The notes beneath the pieces are model-generated. The model was not told where the DNA came from, made no database searches, and saw nothing but the letters and a program-made list of their open reading frames with translations. From contig JACPCX010000117.1 of the NCBI GenBank assembly GCA_016184305.1, positions 1 to 45,550 of the forward strand: a DNA stretch of 45,550 bases, read 5' to 3'. Position numbers and translations under genes: made by a program. Origin of the DNA: Candidatus Rokuibacteriota bacterium (GTDB lineage: Bacteria > Methylomirabilota > Methylomirabilia > Rokubacteriales > CSP1-6). Position 1 is the stretch's first letter, and every line of letters begins with the position of its first letter. This document shows positions 18,301-28,307 of the stretch, in pieces.

Positions 18301-19731
18301 CAGGCTCTTCGAGAGCATGAGCGGGAAGGCCACGCGGAGGGGGAAGTCGGACTTGAACAGGTCGAATCCGAAGAAGACGGCCTTGCGCTCCCGCTCCTCG
18401 AGGAGATAGATGAGCGGCCCGCCCACCGCCTCCACGAGAGTCTTCCCGGCCGCCAGGGGACGGACCCGCAGCGCCTCCTCGATCGTGACCTTGGCGAAGT
18501 CGATCTGGCGCATGATCGGGTGCGACCGGTCCCAGTCCATGATGACCGGCGCCTCGAGGCGCCCCAGCACCTCGAGCGGCACGTCGGGCGGCGCGGCGTT
18601 GACGAGCACGAAGCGCCCGTTGCCGATCCGGGGCGGGCTCGCGCTGTCCACCACCACGACGTCGAACCCGTCCATGCCGCCCTGGTACTCCTCCGGGGTC
18701 CGCGTCTCGAGCGTCACCTGCGGGTCGGTGCGGAGCACTTTCTCGAGGAAGAGGTTGCCGGGGCTCACCAGCAGCACCGCGATCGCCCGCGGCGGCGGGA
18801 TCACCGCATGGGCCACGTTGTCGACGTCGAGATCGTCCGCCACGCCGATGCGGGCCCGCACCACGCCCCCGCCCGGGTGACTGAACGGCAGCACCAGCGC
18901 GCGTCTCACCTGCGGCTCGAGGGTGAGAGACTTCTCGGCGATGGGCTCGTCGTCGAGGGTGAGCGTCAGGGCGAAGGTCTGCGCCTCCCCGGAGAAGTTC
19001 ACCACCGAGAGGAAGGCCTGGGAGTCGAATGCCCCGAAGTAGTTCCGGCGCACCGCCAGGTTGGTGATGGCGACATTGCGCCCGCGCTGCCCCACCCCCA
19101 CCCATCGGACCCTGACGTCGTCCCCCTGCCCCCCGACTGCGGCGGGGTGGGCGCCGTCGGTGAAGACGTGGATCTCCGCGCGGGCATCCGGACCCACCAG
19201 CGCGCGGGCGGTCCGGATCCCGTCGCCCAGCCGGTTGGGCAGGTCCCTCGCCTGCATTCCCCGGATCGCCGAGACCACGCGGTCGCGGTCGCGCGTGAAC
19301 GGCACGAGGACCTTCGGCTGGATGCCCGACGCGATCACCATCACCTCGGCGCCCTCGCCGAGAAGTCCAACCAGCCCCAGGGCCTGGCGCTGGGCCACGA
19401 CGAAGCGCGATGGGCTCACGTCGCTGGCCTTCATGGAGGCGGATGTGTCCACGACCACCACGATCTTCTTCGCGCCGTAGCCCATCACGGTGACGGCCGG
19501 CCGGGCCAGGGCCACCGCGAGAGCCAGGAGCGCCAGGATCTGGAGCAGCAACAGCGGGTCACGCTGGAGTCGCTGGAAGAAGGCCGAGGCCTCACGGTCC
19601 CGCAGGGCGGGGTCCCACAGCAGGAGGCTCGAGACAGCCTGCTGCCTCCGCCTGACTTTCAGGAAATAGAGGAGCAGCAGCGGCACGGCGAGCGTCGCCA
19701 GCAGAAGGGAGAGCGGGCTCAGGAAGCTCAT
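15334..19731 (-). CDS. Large membrane protein: BatA-like N-terminus, multiple vWA domains, glutamine-amidotransferase-like domain
   Basis: MIDAS motifs DTSASM, DVSDSV, DRSGSM; LMMLGGEESFGLGGY...EEALPV. Confidence 0.85.
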   Translation of the reverse strand: MSFLSPLSLLLATLAVPLLLLYFLKVRRRQQAVSSLLLWDPALRDREASAFFQRLQRDPLLLLQILALLALAVALARPAVTVMGYGAKKIVVVVDTSASMKASDVSPSRFVVAQRQALGLVGLLGEGAEVMVIASGIQPKVLVPFTRDRDRVVSAIRGMQARDLPNRLGDGIRTARALVGPDARAEIHVFTDGAHPAAVGGQGDDVRVRWVGVGQRGRNVAITNLAVRRNYFGAFDSQAFLSVVNFSGEAQTFALTLTLDDEPIAEKSLTLEPQVRRALVLPFSHPGGGVVRARIGVADDLDVDNVAHAVIPPPRAIAVLLVSPGNLFLEKVLRTDPQVTLETRTPEEYQGGMDGFDVVVVDSASPPRIGNGRFVLVNAAPPDVPLEVLGRLEAPVIMDWDRSHPIMRQIDFAKVTIEEALRVRPLAAGKTLVEAVGGPLIYLLEERERKAVFFGFDLFKSDFPLRVAFPLMLSKSLRWLHPAGLDQSSLQLQAGQPILLPVEHGVTTATVMTPSGRSSQAQVTRGVASFTETDEVGVYRVVTSRGETRVAVNLMNAEESDLAPKPVPAFVEGARPETAPVPVVRELWPYFVLLALLLFAAEGVLYWRRQTAGRLRLPHGVGDRWALGLRCVLMAVLLLALARPVIPRWVDQLNVLFLLDVSDSVSLAAREKAYRFAAQAATAMQQRDQTGLIVFGEEAVVDQPLRASYKLERPQVRVPGRGTNLAQALQLALATAPPGQANRFVLLTDGRQNAGNALAVAQAAKDAGADVYYVPAPLTFSQEVVVESMVLPQEVKFGEPFQAKVVTWSQADTQGRLSLFRNGEFLGSQVVRLSAGKNVYTYRQSLEHSGIHVYQAAIEVEGDTIEENNRAVGTIVVRGRPLVLMAEKDRSQAQALAAALRAQHVDVELVEPDRIPKDVAALQKYDGVILSNVSSLKLAKKQMESIRDYVRDQGGGLMMLGGEESFGLGGYYRTPIEEALPVTMEVKQKIEIPSLAVVLSIDRSGSMAMTTDSKVTKLDIAKEAAHLVADLLDERNEVGIMSWDTEFVWDSPMRPARDKQAIHNAIATIKAGGGTDGYPALKESYQVLFDRSALLKHVIFLSDGQMTRGDFAGLIRRMAKDKITVSTVAIGKDADVQLMFDIAKWGRGRFYYTEDDATIPRIFTLETQLASKSSLVEQPFRATLASPAHEAIQDINWKEAPPLGGYVATTLKGTAEMVLMTHQEDPLLATWRYGLGRTVAFTSDAKAKWGVLWLRWSGFNKFWAQLTRWTLRSGTRSDTVASVARMDERGEVVVDAVDPKGEFINFLDSQVGVVSPDRQRTVVELEQVGPGRYRGRFPASQEGVYLVGMAQRRGEQMVGSQLAGLVVPYAQEFRDLGVDETMLRELSEITGGSALAQPRDAFAQQRRRSRLTLDLWPWLVGLVAVMLIPEIALRRVGPGLLVRALARLRGLGRGGPGHASPRDAV

Positions 19732-20621
19732 GCGAGCAGGAATCCCTTGAGCTGCCTCAGCATGAACTCCTCCACCGGCGTGTCCGTGACCACCCGGTGG
19801 TAGCTGATCTCGTTAGCCCGGCAGAAGCCCTCGGCACACTCGAGGAAATCATGCAGCCGCTGCCGGTACGCGCGCAGGGCTTCCCCGTCCAGGGTGAGGT
19901 CGCGCTCCTCGCCCGTCTCTGAATCCAGCAGGCGCAGGTCCCCGCCGAAGGTGGGGCTCATCTCCTCCGCCCCGAGCAGGTGGATGACGTGGACGTCGAA
20001 GCGCCGCTCGATCAGCGCCTTGAGGCCCCGCTCGTAGCCGCCCGGGACCAGCAGATCCGAGACCAGCACCGCCAGCCCGGCCTCCCGGGCCCGGAGCGCG
20101 TACGTCGCGAGGCTCTCATTGAGCGAGGTGGCGCCGCCGGAACGGAGACGGCCGAGGAAGTCCATCAGCGGGATGGCCTGGGTGCGGCCGCGTGCTGGCG
20201 CCCACCCCTCGGCAAGCCGGTCGCGGAGGGCCCCCACGCCCACACGCTCGTGATTGACGAGCCCCACGAAGCCGAGCGCAGCGGCCAGGCGCGCCGCGTA
20301 GGCGAGCTTGGAGGGCTCGCCGAATCCCATGGAGGCGGAGGCATCGAGGAGGAGGTGCAGACACAGATCCTCCTCGTCCACGAACAGCTTGACGTACAGC
20401 CGGTCGAGCCGGCCGTAGATGTTCCAGTCCACGTAGCGGAGATCGTCGCCCCGGCCGTATGGGCGGTAGTCGGAGAACTCGACGCTGATGCCCTTGCGCG
20501 GGCTGCGCCGCTCGCCCTTCACCCGGCCGCGGAAGGAGCGCCTCGAGAGGAGGGTGAGCCGCTCCAGCTGAACCAGGAAGTCCGTCGAGAGCAGCTCGTG
20601 CCCTCTGGCCGCCGTTGCCAC
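19728..20621 (-). CDS. DUF58 family protein
   Basis: GISVEFSDYRPY..GDDLRYVDWN..RLYVKLF; LLDASASM. Confidence 0.92.
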   Translation of the reverse strand: MATAARGHELLSTDFLVQLERLTLLSRRSFRGRVKGERRSPRKGISVEFSDYRPYGRGDDLRYVDWNIYGRLDRLYVKLFVDEEDLCLHLLLDASASMGFGEPSKLAYAARLAAALGFVGLVNHERVGVGALRDRLAEGWAPARGRTQAIPLMDFLGRLRSGGATSLNESLATYALRAREAGLAVLVSDLLVPGGYERGLKALIERRFDVHVIHLLGAEEMSPTFGGDLRLLDSETGEERDLTLDGEALRAYRQRLHDFLECAEGFCRANEISYHRVVTDTPVEEFMLRQLKGFLLA

Positions 20622-20625
20622 GAGG

Positions 20626-22095
20626 CTATTTCTCGTCGAGCGACTGGAAGTACTGCTTGACCTGGGTCTGGAAGTCCCGGGGCACCTGCTCCCGGGCGAT
20701 GGCTTCCTCCATCATCTTGCGGTACTGCCCGACCACGCCGAGGTATTGCAGGCGGGAGGACATGTGTGCGCCCCGCCCGAGCAAGTTGGTGTCGAACCCT
20801 TCCTTGCGCCCCTGGCGAGACTCGCCCTCGACACCGACGTCGAACGGGTTGGCCCGCAGCCGCTGGGTGGGATCCCCCTTGCGGCTCGGGCTCTTCCCCT
20901 TGCCCGGATAGAACCCCTCGCCGCCCTCGGGGAAGTCGCCCTCGTCGCCCGGGCCTCCCTGGCCTTGCCCGCGATCCCGCTGGGCGCCACGTCGATCGCT
21001 CTCTCGCCCGCCACGAAGCCCCTTGCCGTCCCGCCCCTTCTCCTCGACGGACCGCATCTTGGACAGCGCGCGCTCCATGGCCTCCATGGCCTTGTCGGTC
21101 TGCCCTTGCTCGAGCGCCTCCATCCCCTCGCCGATATCCCCGTTCCACGGGTTCCCCGCTCCGCCCTTGCGCCCGAGCCGCTCCATCTCGTTCAGGAGCT
21201 CGCGCAGCTTCTCGGGCGAGACCTGGTCGGGGCGCAAACCCCCGCGAAGGGCCTTGGCCCGCTGGAACACGACCTTGTGCTGGCTCTGGGTGAAGTCCCG
21301 CTGGAGATCCGGCAGTCGGTCCACCTGCTCGAGCATGCGGATACGCTCGTCGCCCTTCTTGAGGAACGAGTTGAAGTCGGGGCTCTTGCTTCCGAGGGAG
21401 GTGTCCTTGAAGACCGCCGTCAGGTCCCCGGGCTGGCTCTGCCCGCCGGCGCCCTGCCGAGGCACGAGGTTGCGCTCCTGCAGGTCGGCGCGCGGGAACG
21501 CCTCCCGCTTGGCGGCCCGGGGACGCTCATCGGCCTCGAGCCGGCCGTACCGGTCCTGGGCCTTCTCCTGCTCCTCCTCCGTCTTGGCGGAGAAGTTCGG
21601 CAGGCCCCCCGCCGGCAGGGGGATGGGTGGGGCCAGGGCGAGAATCAGTCCCAGCACCAGGGGCACCGGGATGAGCTTCGCCTCTCGCGGGAGAAGCCGG
21701 GGAATGATGCGCCGCCCCTGGTGCCCCTCGGCGCGGGCGGTCGTGTCGGCCACGAGTGCCTCCACCAGGGGGGTGCGGTCGGGGCGCTCCGCCCACTCGA
21801 GACAGGTGGCCACGCGATCCTGAAAACCGAAGCCCCGGTCGGCGAGCCGCGCCGCCTCCGTCTCGGGCACGCGCTTGAGCGCCCCCACGACGGCTCCGAC
21901 GCCGGCACCCAGCAGGAGGAGTCCACCGGCGGCCGCCAGGGCGACGGACCCGAGGGCCTCCCTCAGGACAAGGGGCACCGCCGCCACGGCGGCCGCCACG
22001 AACAGCCCGCGCACGGCGAAGAACTCCGCCCGGCGCAGCCGCACCTCGCGCGTGACGTCCCGGACCAACCGGTGGAGGACACTCGGATCGGGCAT
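20626..22095 (-). CDS. Membrane-anchored hypothetical protein of the MoxR operon
   Basis: N-terminal TM segments, charged Gly-rich region, C-terminal EQVP...VKQYFQSL. Confidence 0.75.
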   Translation of the reverse strand: MPDPSVLHRLVRDVTREVRLRRAEFFAVRGLFVAAAVAAVPLVLREALGSVALAAAGGLLLLGAGVGAVVGALKRVPETEAARLADRGFGFQDRVATCLEWAERPDRTPLVEALVADTTARAEGHQGRRIIPRLLPREAKLIPVPLVLGLILALAPPIPLPAGGLPNFSAKTEEEQEKAQDRYGRLEADERPRAAKREAFPRADLQERNLVPRQGAGGQSQPGDLTAVFKDTSLGSKSPDFNSFLKKGDERIRMLEQVDRLPDLQRDFTQSQHKVVFQRAKALRGGLRPDQVSPEKLRELLNEMERLGRKGGAGNPWNGDIGEGMEALEQGQTDKAMEAMERALSKMRSVEEKGRDGKGLRGGRESDRRGAQRDRGQGQGGPGDEGDFPEGGEGFYPGKGKSPSRKGDPTQRLRANPFDVGVEGESRQGRKEGFDTNLLGRGAHMSSRLQYLGVVGQYRKMMEEAIAREQVPRDFQTQVKQYFQSLDEK

Positions 22096-22113
22096 TGCCC
22101 CTCCTCCCCCGGG

Positions 22114-23151
<1,038 letters not shown>

Positions 23152-23201
23152 TCGGGCTCCTTTCCCGTCAACTCATGTCGCCGCGGGGCGCGAGTTCGCT
23201 C

Positions 23202-23230
23202 ATCATATGTGTCATTCCCCCACCCGTCAA
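23202..23230 (-). promoter_or_regulatory. sigma70 promoter of the moxR operon
   Basis: TTGACG-17 bp-TATGAT. Confidence 0.7.
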
Positions 23231-23244
23231 CTCGAAGGGGAACA

Positions 23245-24306
23245 TCACGCGCCGCGCACGACTCCCGAGAGCCGCCCGTAGAGTTCGAGGTAGCCCTCCA
23301 GCTCGCGCGCGGGGCCGAAGCGTTCCCCGACGCGCTCGCGGGCGGTCTCGCCGAGGCGCAGGCGCAGGGCCGGATCCGCGATGAGCCGCTCCAGCTGCTC
23401 GGCGAAATCCGCCGGCCCGGAGAAGTGCAGCCCGGTGACGCCGGCCTGGACCAGCGAGCGGTTGCCCTCGATGTCCGCGGCGAGCACGGCACGCCCCAGA
23501 GCCATCGCCTCGAGCACCGAGTTGGCCATGCCCCCCTCGGAGATGGAGCAGTTGAGCACGACATCCGCGCCCTCCAGCAGGCGCCGGATGCGGTGGTGAG
23601 GCACGGCTCCGAGGTAGCGCGCCCAGGGCCGATCGCGGAGAGCGCTCAGCAGCGCGTCGCCCTCTCCAGGATCGAGGATGGGGCCGACGTACCGGAGCTC
23701 GAGGCCCGGGTAGCGCGGCACGATGTCGTCCAGCGGGACCAGCGGAAAGAGCGGGCGCTTCACCATCCGGATACCGGCGGGGAACAGCAGCACCGGTCCC
23801 GCCGCCGGCGAGGGCACCACGCCATGGCCGTCCGCCGATTCGGGGCGGGCCTGCTCTTCCTCGAAGAAGGCGCTTTGCGGCACCACGCGAAGCCGCGGCG
23901 CGAGGCCGGGCAGCGCCTCCCTGATACGCGAGACCATGGACTCATGGAACATGCTGATGCAGGCCGCCCCTTCGAGCGCGTCGCGGACCACGTGGGCCCG
24001 CGCGGGGTCGAAGAGATCATGGTTGGCGTCCGTGCCGGTGATGGTCAGCAGCAGCGGAACGCCCGCCCGGCGCGCCAGCCGGAGCGCCAGCGGTCCGACA
24101 CGGTAGGCGTGGAAGGCATGGATGAGCGTGGGCGCGAACGCGAGGACCTCCCGCTCGATCCTCGACTCTGGAGCCGCCGACACATCCCAGACCCGCAGGT
24201 CCACGCCGCGGCTCCTGAGTCCGCGAGCGATGCGCTCCACGGTGATGGCGTTGCCCCGCACCGAGGGAAAGGCAAATGGAGTCAGGAGAGCCACCCGCGG
24301 CGCCAT
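23245..24306 (-). CDS. GT-B (family 4-like) glycosyltransferase, SenB/GLT1D1-like
   Basis: LLTP...RGNAIT, HAFHA, TGTD, VVPQS, GIRMVKRP, SISEGGMANSVLEAM, DIEGN. Confidence 0.8.
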   Translation of the reverse strand: MAPRVALLTPFAFPSVRGNAITVERIARGLRSRGVDLRVWDVSAAPESRIEREVLAFAPTLIHAFHAYRVGPLALRLARRAGVPLLLTITGTDANHDLFDPARAHVVRDALEGAACISMFHESMVSRIREALPGLAPRLRVVPQSAFFEEEQARPESADGHGVVPSPAAGPVLLFPAGIRMVKRPLFPLVPLDDIVPRYPGLELRYVGPILDPGEGDALLSALRDRPWARYLGAVPHHRIRRLLEGADVVLNCSISEGGMANSVLEAMALGRAVLAADIEGNRSLVQAGVTGLHFSGPADFAEQLERLIADPALRLRLGETARERVGERFGPARELEGYLELYGRLSGVVRGA

Positions 24307-24314
24307 GGCCGCCA

Positions 24315-24343
24315 AGCCTACACGCGGGTCCGGGCGAAGGCAA
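24315..24343 (-). promoter_or_regulatory. Probable leaderless promoter of the glycosyltransferase
   Basis: TTGCCT-17 bp-TAGGCT, 8 nt before ATG, no RBS. Confidence 0.55.
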
Positions 24344-24530
24344 TCGCCCGCTCGCCTGCGGCGGCGGTTGGCCCTCCCCCGCGCGCGGTCGTGCCGGGCC
24401 ATGCTGCACCCATCGCGCCCCTGCCGCCCTCTAAAGGACGACTGGAGATTCCTGGCGGCTGTGGTACCGTTTGTCCGGGTGCCAGCCGCTCACGGGTCCC
24501 TCGACGAGGGGCGGCCCACGGAGAACGTGA

Positions 24531-24782
24531 ATGGACGAGCAATCGTCGGATCTGGAGTGTCGCGGCTGCGTCGATCTGCTGGCCGACTACGTGGACGGGA
24601 CCCTCGCGACGTCTCAGGCCGAGCTGCTCGAGTGGCACCTCGAGGGATGCGCGCCATGCGTCGCCTTCGTGAACACGTACAAGGGAACCGTTGACGCCGC
24701 GAAGCGACTGCGCGAGACGAGGATCCCTCCCGAGCTCCACCGCAAGCTCGTCGCGTTCCTTCAACGCTCCGCCCACACGTAA
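24531..24782 (+). CDS. zf-HC2 (anti-sigma-like) small protein
   Basis: C...LLADYVDG...HLEGCAPC (HxxxCxxC). Confidence 0.85.
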   Translation: MDEQSSDLECRGCVDLLADYVDGTLATSQAELLEWHLEGCAPCVAFVNTYKGTVDAAKRLRETRIPPELHRKLVAFLQRSAHT

Positions 24783-24789
24783 GCCCTCT

Positions 24790-24922
24790 CTAGCAGGCCG
24801 CTGAAAAAGGCCCATCTGCTGCGTTGGCGCCCTCGGCCGCACGCTCAACGTACAGAGAGTACGCCTCGCGTGCGGCCGTCGGGCGCCGCCTTGCATCTGG
24901 ACCTTTTTGAGCGGCCTGCGGG
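24790..24922 (-). mobile_element. MITE-like element family A, copy 1 (no nested insert)
   Basis: Terminal inverted repeats GCAGGCCGCT(G/C)AAAAAGG...CCTTTTT(G/C)AGCGGCCTGC; homologous to 30416 and 35628 copies. Confidence 0.85.
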
Positions 24923-25672
24923 CTCGAGGAAGAGGCTGATGGCGACGTGGATTCGCTGCCCCAGCCCTCCCGCTCCCACCAGCCCGAGAATCGCCGCCGC
25001 CCGGATATTGACCTCCCACCGGTACAGCGCGTAGGACACGAGCTGCGGGGCGGCCTGGGGAAGCATGCCGTAGAGGAGGATGCGCAGCCGGCTGGCCCCG
25101 GTGGACTGCAGTGCCTCCAGCGGCCGTGGGTCCACGTCCTCCAGCACTTCGCCGAAGAGCTTGCCCAGCACGCCTGCCGTGTGGAAGCCCAGCGCCAGCG
25201 CGCCCGGGAAGGGGCCGAGCCCGACCATGAACACGAAGATGACGGCCCAGAGCAGCTCGGGAATGGTGCGCAGGAGTCTGAGGAGCGCCTTGCCGGCCAC
25301 GCAGACGCCGACGCGGAGCATGAGCGAAGCCCGCGACAGCGTGTGGCCCTCGTACAGGATGCCCTGGTAGAGGAGGGTACGCGTGGTCAGCAGCGACAGG
25401 GGCAGCGCGAGGCAGATCGCGAGGAGCGAGCCCAGGAACGAGATGGCGAAGGTCTCGACGGCTCCCACGGCTGCCTCCCGCAGGGTCGCGGGCGACAGAT
25501 CTGGGGGGAAGAGCCGGACGACGTAGGCCGCCATCTGCCGGAGGGCCTCCCCCCCCAGGAGACTGCCGAGATCAACCCCGGTGCCTCGGTACGACCATGC
25601 GATGAGGATCGTGAACCCCGCGAGGGTGAGCCATGCGGTGCGGATTTGACCCCGGGGAGGTGCTGGGATCAT
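24845..25672 (-). CDS. PhnE-like ABC permease 2; C-terminus replaced by MITE sequence
   Basis: LRTIPEL, GLGPFPG, LYRWEVNIRAAAILGLVGAGGLG; homology stops at ISLFLE where the MITE begins. Confidence 0.8.
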   Translation of the reverse strand: MIPAPPRGQIRTAWLTLAGFTILIAWSYRGTGVDLGSLLGGEALRQMAAYVVRLFPPDLSPATLREAAVGAVETFAISFLGSLLAICLALPLSLLTTRTLLYQGILYEGHTLSRASLMLRVGVCVAGKALLRLLRTIPELLWAVIFVFMVGLGPFPGALALGFHTAGVLGKLFGEVLEDVDPRPLEALQSTGASRLRILLYGMLPQAAPQLVSYALYRWEVNIRAAAILGLVGAGGLGQRIHVAISLFLEPAGRSKRSRCKAAPDGRTRGVLSVR

Positions 25673-26538
25673 CGGATGATCCGGGCGCGGAGACGGCCGC
25701 TCACGAAGTCCACGCAGCCCACGACCACGAAGAGAATTCCGAGCAGCGTCGCGACCTCGTCGAACTGGAACATGCGCATCGACAGGTCGATCTGCTGGCC
25801 GAGCCCCCCCGCGCCGACGAACCCGAGGATCGCCGAGGCGCGGATGGCGCACTCCCACCGGTACAGCGTGTAGGACACGAAGGCCGGCAGGGCCTGGGGC
25901 ACGAGACCGTAGAGGACGATCCCGGGTCGCGAGGCGCCGCCCGCGTGGAGCGCCTCGAGCGGCCGCGGATTGGCGCCCTCGAGGATCTCCGAGTAGACCT
26001 TGCCGAGCATCCCCCCGTAGGCGACCCCGATGGCGAGGACGCCGGGGAAGGGCCCCAGCCCCACGGCGCGCACGAAGACGAGCGCCCAGACGTATTCCGG
26101 GATGGCGCGGAAGATGGAGAGGAGCCCGCGGGCCGCCGCGTAGGGGACGAAGCCGCCGAGCCAGCGCCCGAACCGGCTCCGCCGCTCGTGGAGCACGCCG
26201 CTCCAGGTGAGCGACGACGTCGCGAGCAGGCCCAGCGGCAGGCCGATGAGCACGGCGATCACCATCCCCATGACCGAGATCTGGACGGTCTCGAGCACCG
26301 GCCGGAGCATGAGGCCGAGGAACTGGGGAGAGACCTGAGGCGGGACGCTCCCCCGAAGGAAGCGCAGCACGTTGCCCAGCGCATCGCCCTCGAGGAAGCG
26401 TCGCGGGTCTGCCTGGGCCACGTGGAGCGAGCCCACGAAGGCGATCAGGAGGGCACCCGTCAGGAGGTACGGGAACGCGGACTTACGTGCTGAAACCGGG
26501 AAGCGGTCGGCAGGCGCCACCGAATGGGCCCTGGCCAT
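25669..26538 (-). CDS. PhnE-like ABC permease 1
   Basis: FRAIPEYVWA, GMLGKVYSE, LYRWECAIRASAILGFVGAGGLG. Confidence 0.88.
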   Translation of the reverse strand: MARAHSVAPADRFPVSARKSAFPYLLTGALLIAFVGSLHVAQADPRRFLEGDALGNVLRFLRGSVPPQVSPQFLGLMLRPVLETVQISVMGMVIAVLIGLPLGLLATSSLTWSGVLHERRSRFGRWLGGFVPYAAARGLLSIFRAIPEYVWALVFVRAVGLGPFPGVLAIGVAYGGMLGKVYSEILEGANPRPLEALHAGGASRPGIVLYGLVPQALPAFVSYTLYRWECAIRASAILGFVGAGGLGQQIDLSMRMFQFDEVATLLGILFVVVGCVDFVSGRLRARIIR

Positions 26539-27307
26539 GACGCGGCGGCTCCCGAGGGGCCGCCTCGTCCTGGTCTCCGGCGTACAGCCCCTCGAGGAGC
26601 GCACGGGTGACCTTGTCAGGTGAGAGGTCGAAGTGGACCCGGCCGTCCCGGACCCCGACGATGCGGGGGAAGTAGGCGAGCGCGAGGTCAACGCTGTGGA
26701 GATTCATCAGGAGCGTCTTCCGCGACCCCGTCGACAGCTCCGTGAGGAGGGCCACGATCCCGGACGCGAGCGAGGGGTCCACCGACGATACCGGCTCGTC
26801 GGCGAGGATGATGTCGGGGTTCTGGATCAGCAGGCGCGCGATGGCCACCCGCTGCTGCTGGCCGCCTGACAGCTCGTCGGTGCGGGCATAGAGCTTCTCG
26901 GGGATCCCCACCCGTGCAAGCGCCCGACCGGCCCCGTTCGCGTCCTGTGGGCGGAGGAAGGAGTAGAGCGCAACCGCCGTTGACCAGCGACCCAGATGGC
27001 CCGCAAGCACGTTGTGCACCACCTTGAGCCGGCCCACCAGATTGTGCTGCTGATAGATCGTCCCGATCCGCATCCGCGCCTGGCGGAGCTCGACATCCGA
27101 CAGCCGCGTCACGTCGATCCCGTCGAGCCTCACGATCCCCGAGGTGGGGAGCAGGGTCAGGTTCATGATCCGGAAGAGCGTGGTCTTGCCGGCCCCGCTC
27201 GGACCGACGACGGCGACCTGCTCACCGGGCCCCACGGTCAGCGTGAGGCCGTCGAGGCCCGCGGTGCCGTCGTTGAACACCTTGCGCAGGTCGAGAAGCT
27301 CGTACAT
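26483..27307 (-). CDS. PhnC-like ABC ATP-binding protein
   Basis: [33 protein letters not shown]. Confidence 0.92.
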   Translation of the reverse strand: MYELLDLRKVFNDGTAGLDGLTLTVGPGEQVAVVGPSGAGKTTLFRIMNLTLLPTSGIVRLDGIDVTRLSDVELRQARMRIGTIYQQHNLVGRLKVVHNVLAGHLGRWSTAVALYSFLRPQDANGAGRALARVGIPEKLYARTDELSGGQQQRVAIARLLIQNPDIILADEPVSSVDPSLASGIVALLTELSTGSRKTLLMNLHSVDLALAYFPRIVGVRDGRVHFDLSPDKVTRALLEGLYAGDQDEAAPREPPRHGQGPFGGACRPLPGFST

Positions 27308-28186
27308 CTACTTGAGCAACCCAGCCGCGATGGCGGCCTCCTCGGTCCCCTTCCAGTCCGTGTCCTTGGCCTTGATGTACTTCTTCGTCCGGTGCAGATC
27401 GAGCAGCTTCTTGTGCTCGGGGTTCCGGTAGTCGAGCTTGAGGAACGCCGCCGTGATCCGGTCCAGGAGCCCCTGGTCCAGCTCCCCCCGCGCGGTCCAC
27501 ACGTAGTCCACGTAGGGCGGCGTCGTGTAGAACACCGCCACCTTGGACCGATCGACCTTCTGCTGCTGGACCAGCTTGTCCCAGACGAGGAAGTTCAGGG
27601 CGCCAGCGTCCACCTTCCCCGACTCGACCCAGAGCGCCGTGGCGTCATGGGCCCCGGAGAACGCCACCTGCTTCAGGTCCTTCTCGGGAGTGATCCGCGC
27701 CTGCAAGAGGAAGTACCGCGGCATCAGGTGGCCCGAGGTGGACGAGACCGAGCCAAAGGCGAATGTCTTGCCCCGAAGATCCTCCAGGCCCTTGATGCCG
27801 GAGCCGGGGCGCGCAACAAAGACCGACTTGAACTTAGCATCCTCCTGCCGCAGCACGAGCCGCCGCGCCGTGCCGTTGGTCCGCCGCACGGCCTGGACGG
27901 ACGTGAAGCCACCGTACCACACCATATCGAGCTTCTTCGCGGCCAGCCCCTCGACCGTGGCCGCGTAGTCCACCACCGGCGTGAACTGGACCTTCATGCG
28001 AAGCTCCCGCGAGAGGTACTCGGCAAACGGGGCGTAGATCCGCAGCAGCTCGCTGGGGTTCTCATCGGGGATGGCGGAGACCCTGAGGATCTCCGGCGTG
28101 TCGCCCCGGGCCGGCCCCACCGCGGCCGACGTCACCAGCAGGAGCAGAAGCGCCGTGCCCAGTTCCGCGCGCAGGCGTGTGATCAC
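27308..28186 (-). CDS. PhnD-like substrate-binding protein, selD-associated (putative selenium oxyanion) clade
   Basis: LRVSAIPDENP, DYAATVE, WYGGFT, STSGHLMP, SGAHDAT, YVDYVW; directly downstream of selD. Confidence 0.85.
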   Translation of the reverse strand: MITRLRAELGTALLLLLVTSAAVGPARGDTPEILRVSAIPDENPSELLRIYAPFAEYLSRELRMKVQFTPVVDYAATVEGLAAKKLDMVWYGGFTSVQAVRRTNGTARRLVLRQEDAKFKSVFVARPGSGIKGLEDLRGKTFAFGSVSSTSGHLMPRYFLLQARITPEKDLKQVAFSGAHDATALWVESGKVDAGALNFLVWDKLVQQQKVDRSKVAVFYTTPPYVDYVWTARGELDQGLLDRITAAFLKLDYRNPEHKKLLDLHRTKKYIKAKDTDWKGTEEAAIAAGLLK

Positions 28187-28307
28187 GAAATCCCCCTCAC
28201 GAGCGTCGTGGATGACGCCCGTTGAGATGCCCACTCACGCGATCGGGATTCGATACTCGGTCACATTGGCGGGAGCGATAGGCGGGGCGGACTTGAATCG
28301 AGGACGC

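Noticed and set aside
23164..23233. 11-bp direct repeat CCCGTCAACTC upstream of moxR as a mobile-element scar
   Set aside because: One copy is the -35 box; too short to support more than a possible operator
24845..28186. Phosphonate utilisation (phn) operon
   Set aside because: No C-P lyase, phnWX or ptxD genes; position directly after selD favours the selenium-associated clade, so phn symbols were not assigned
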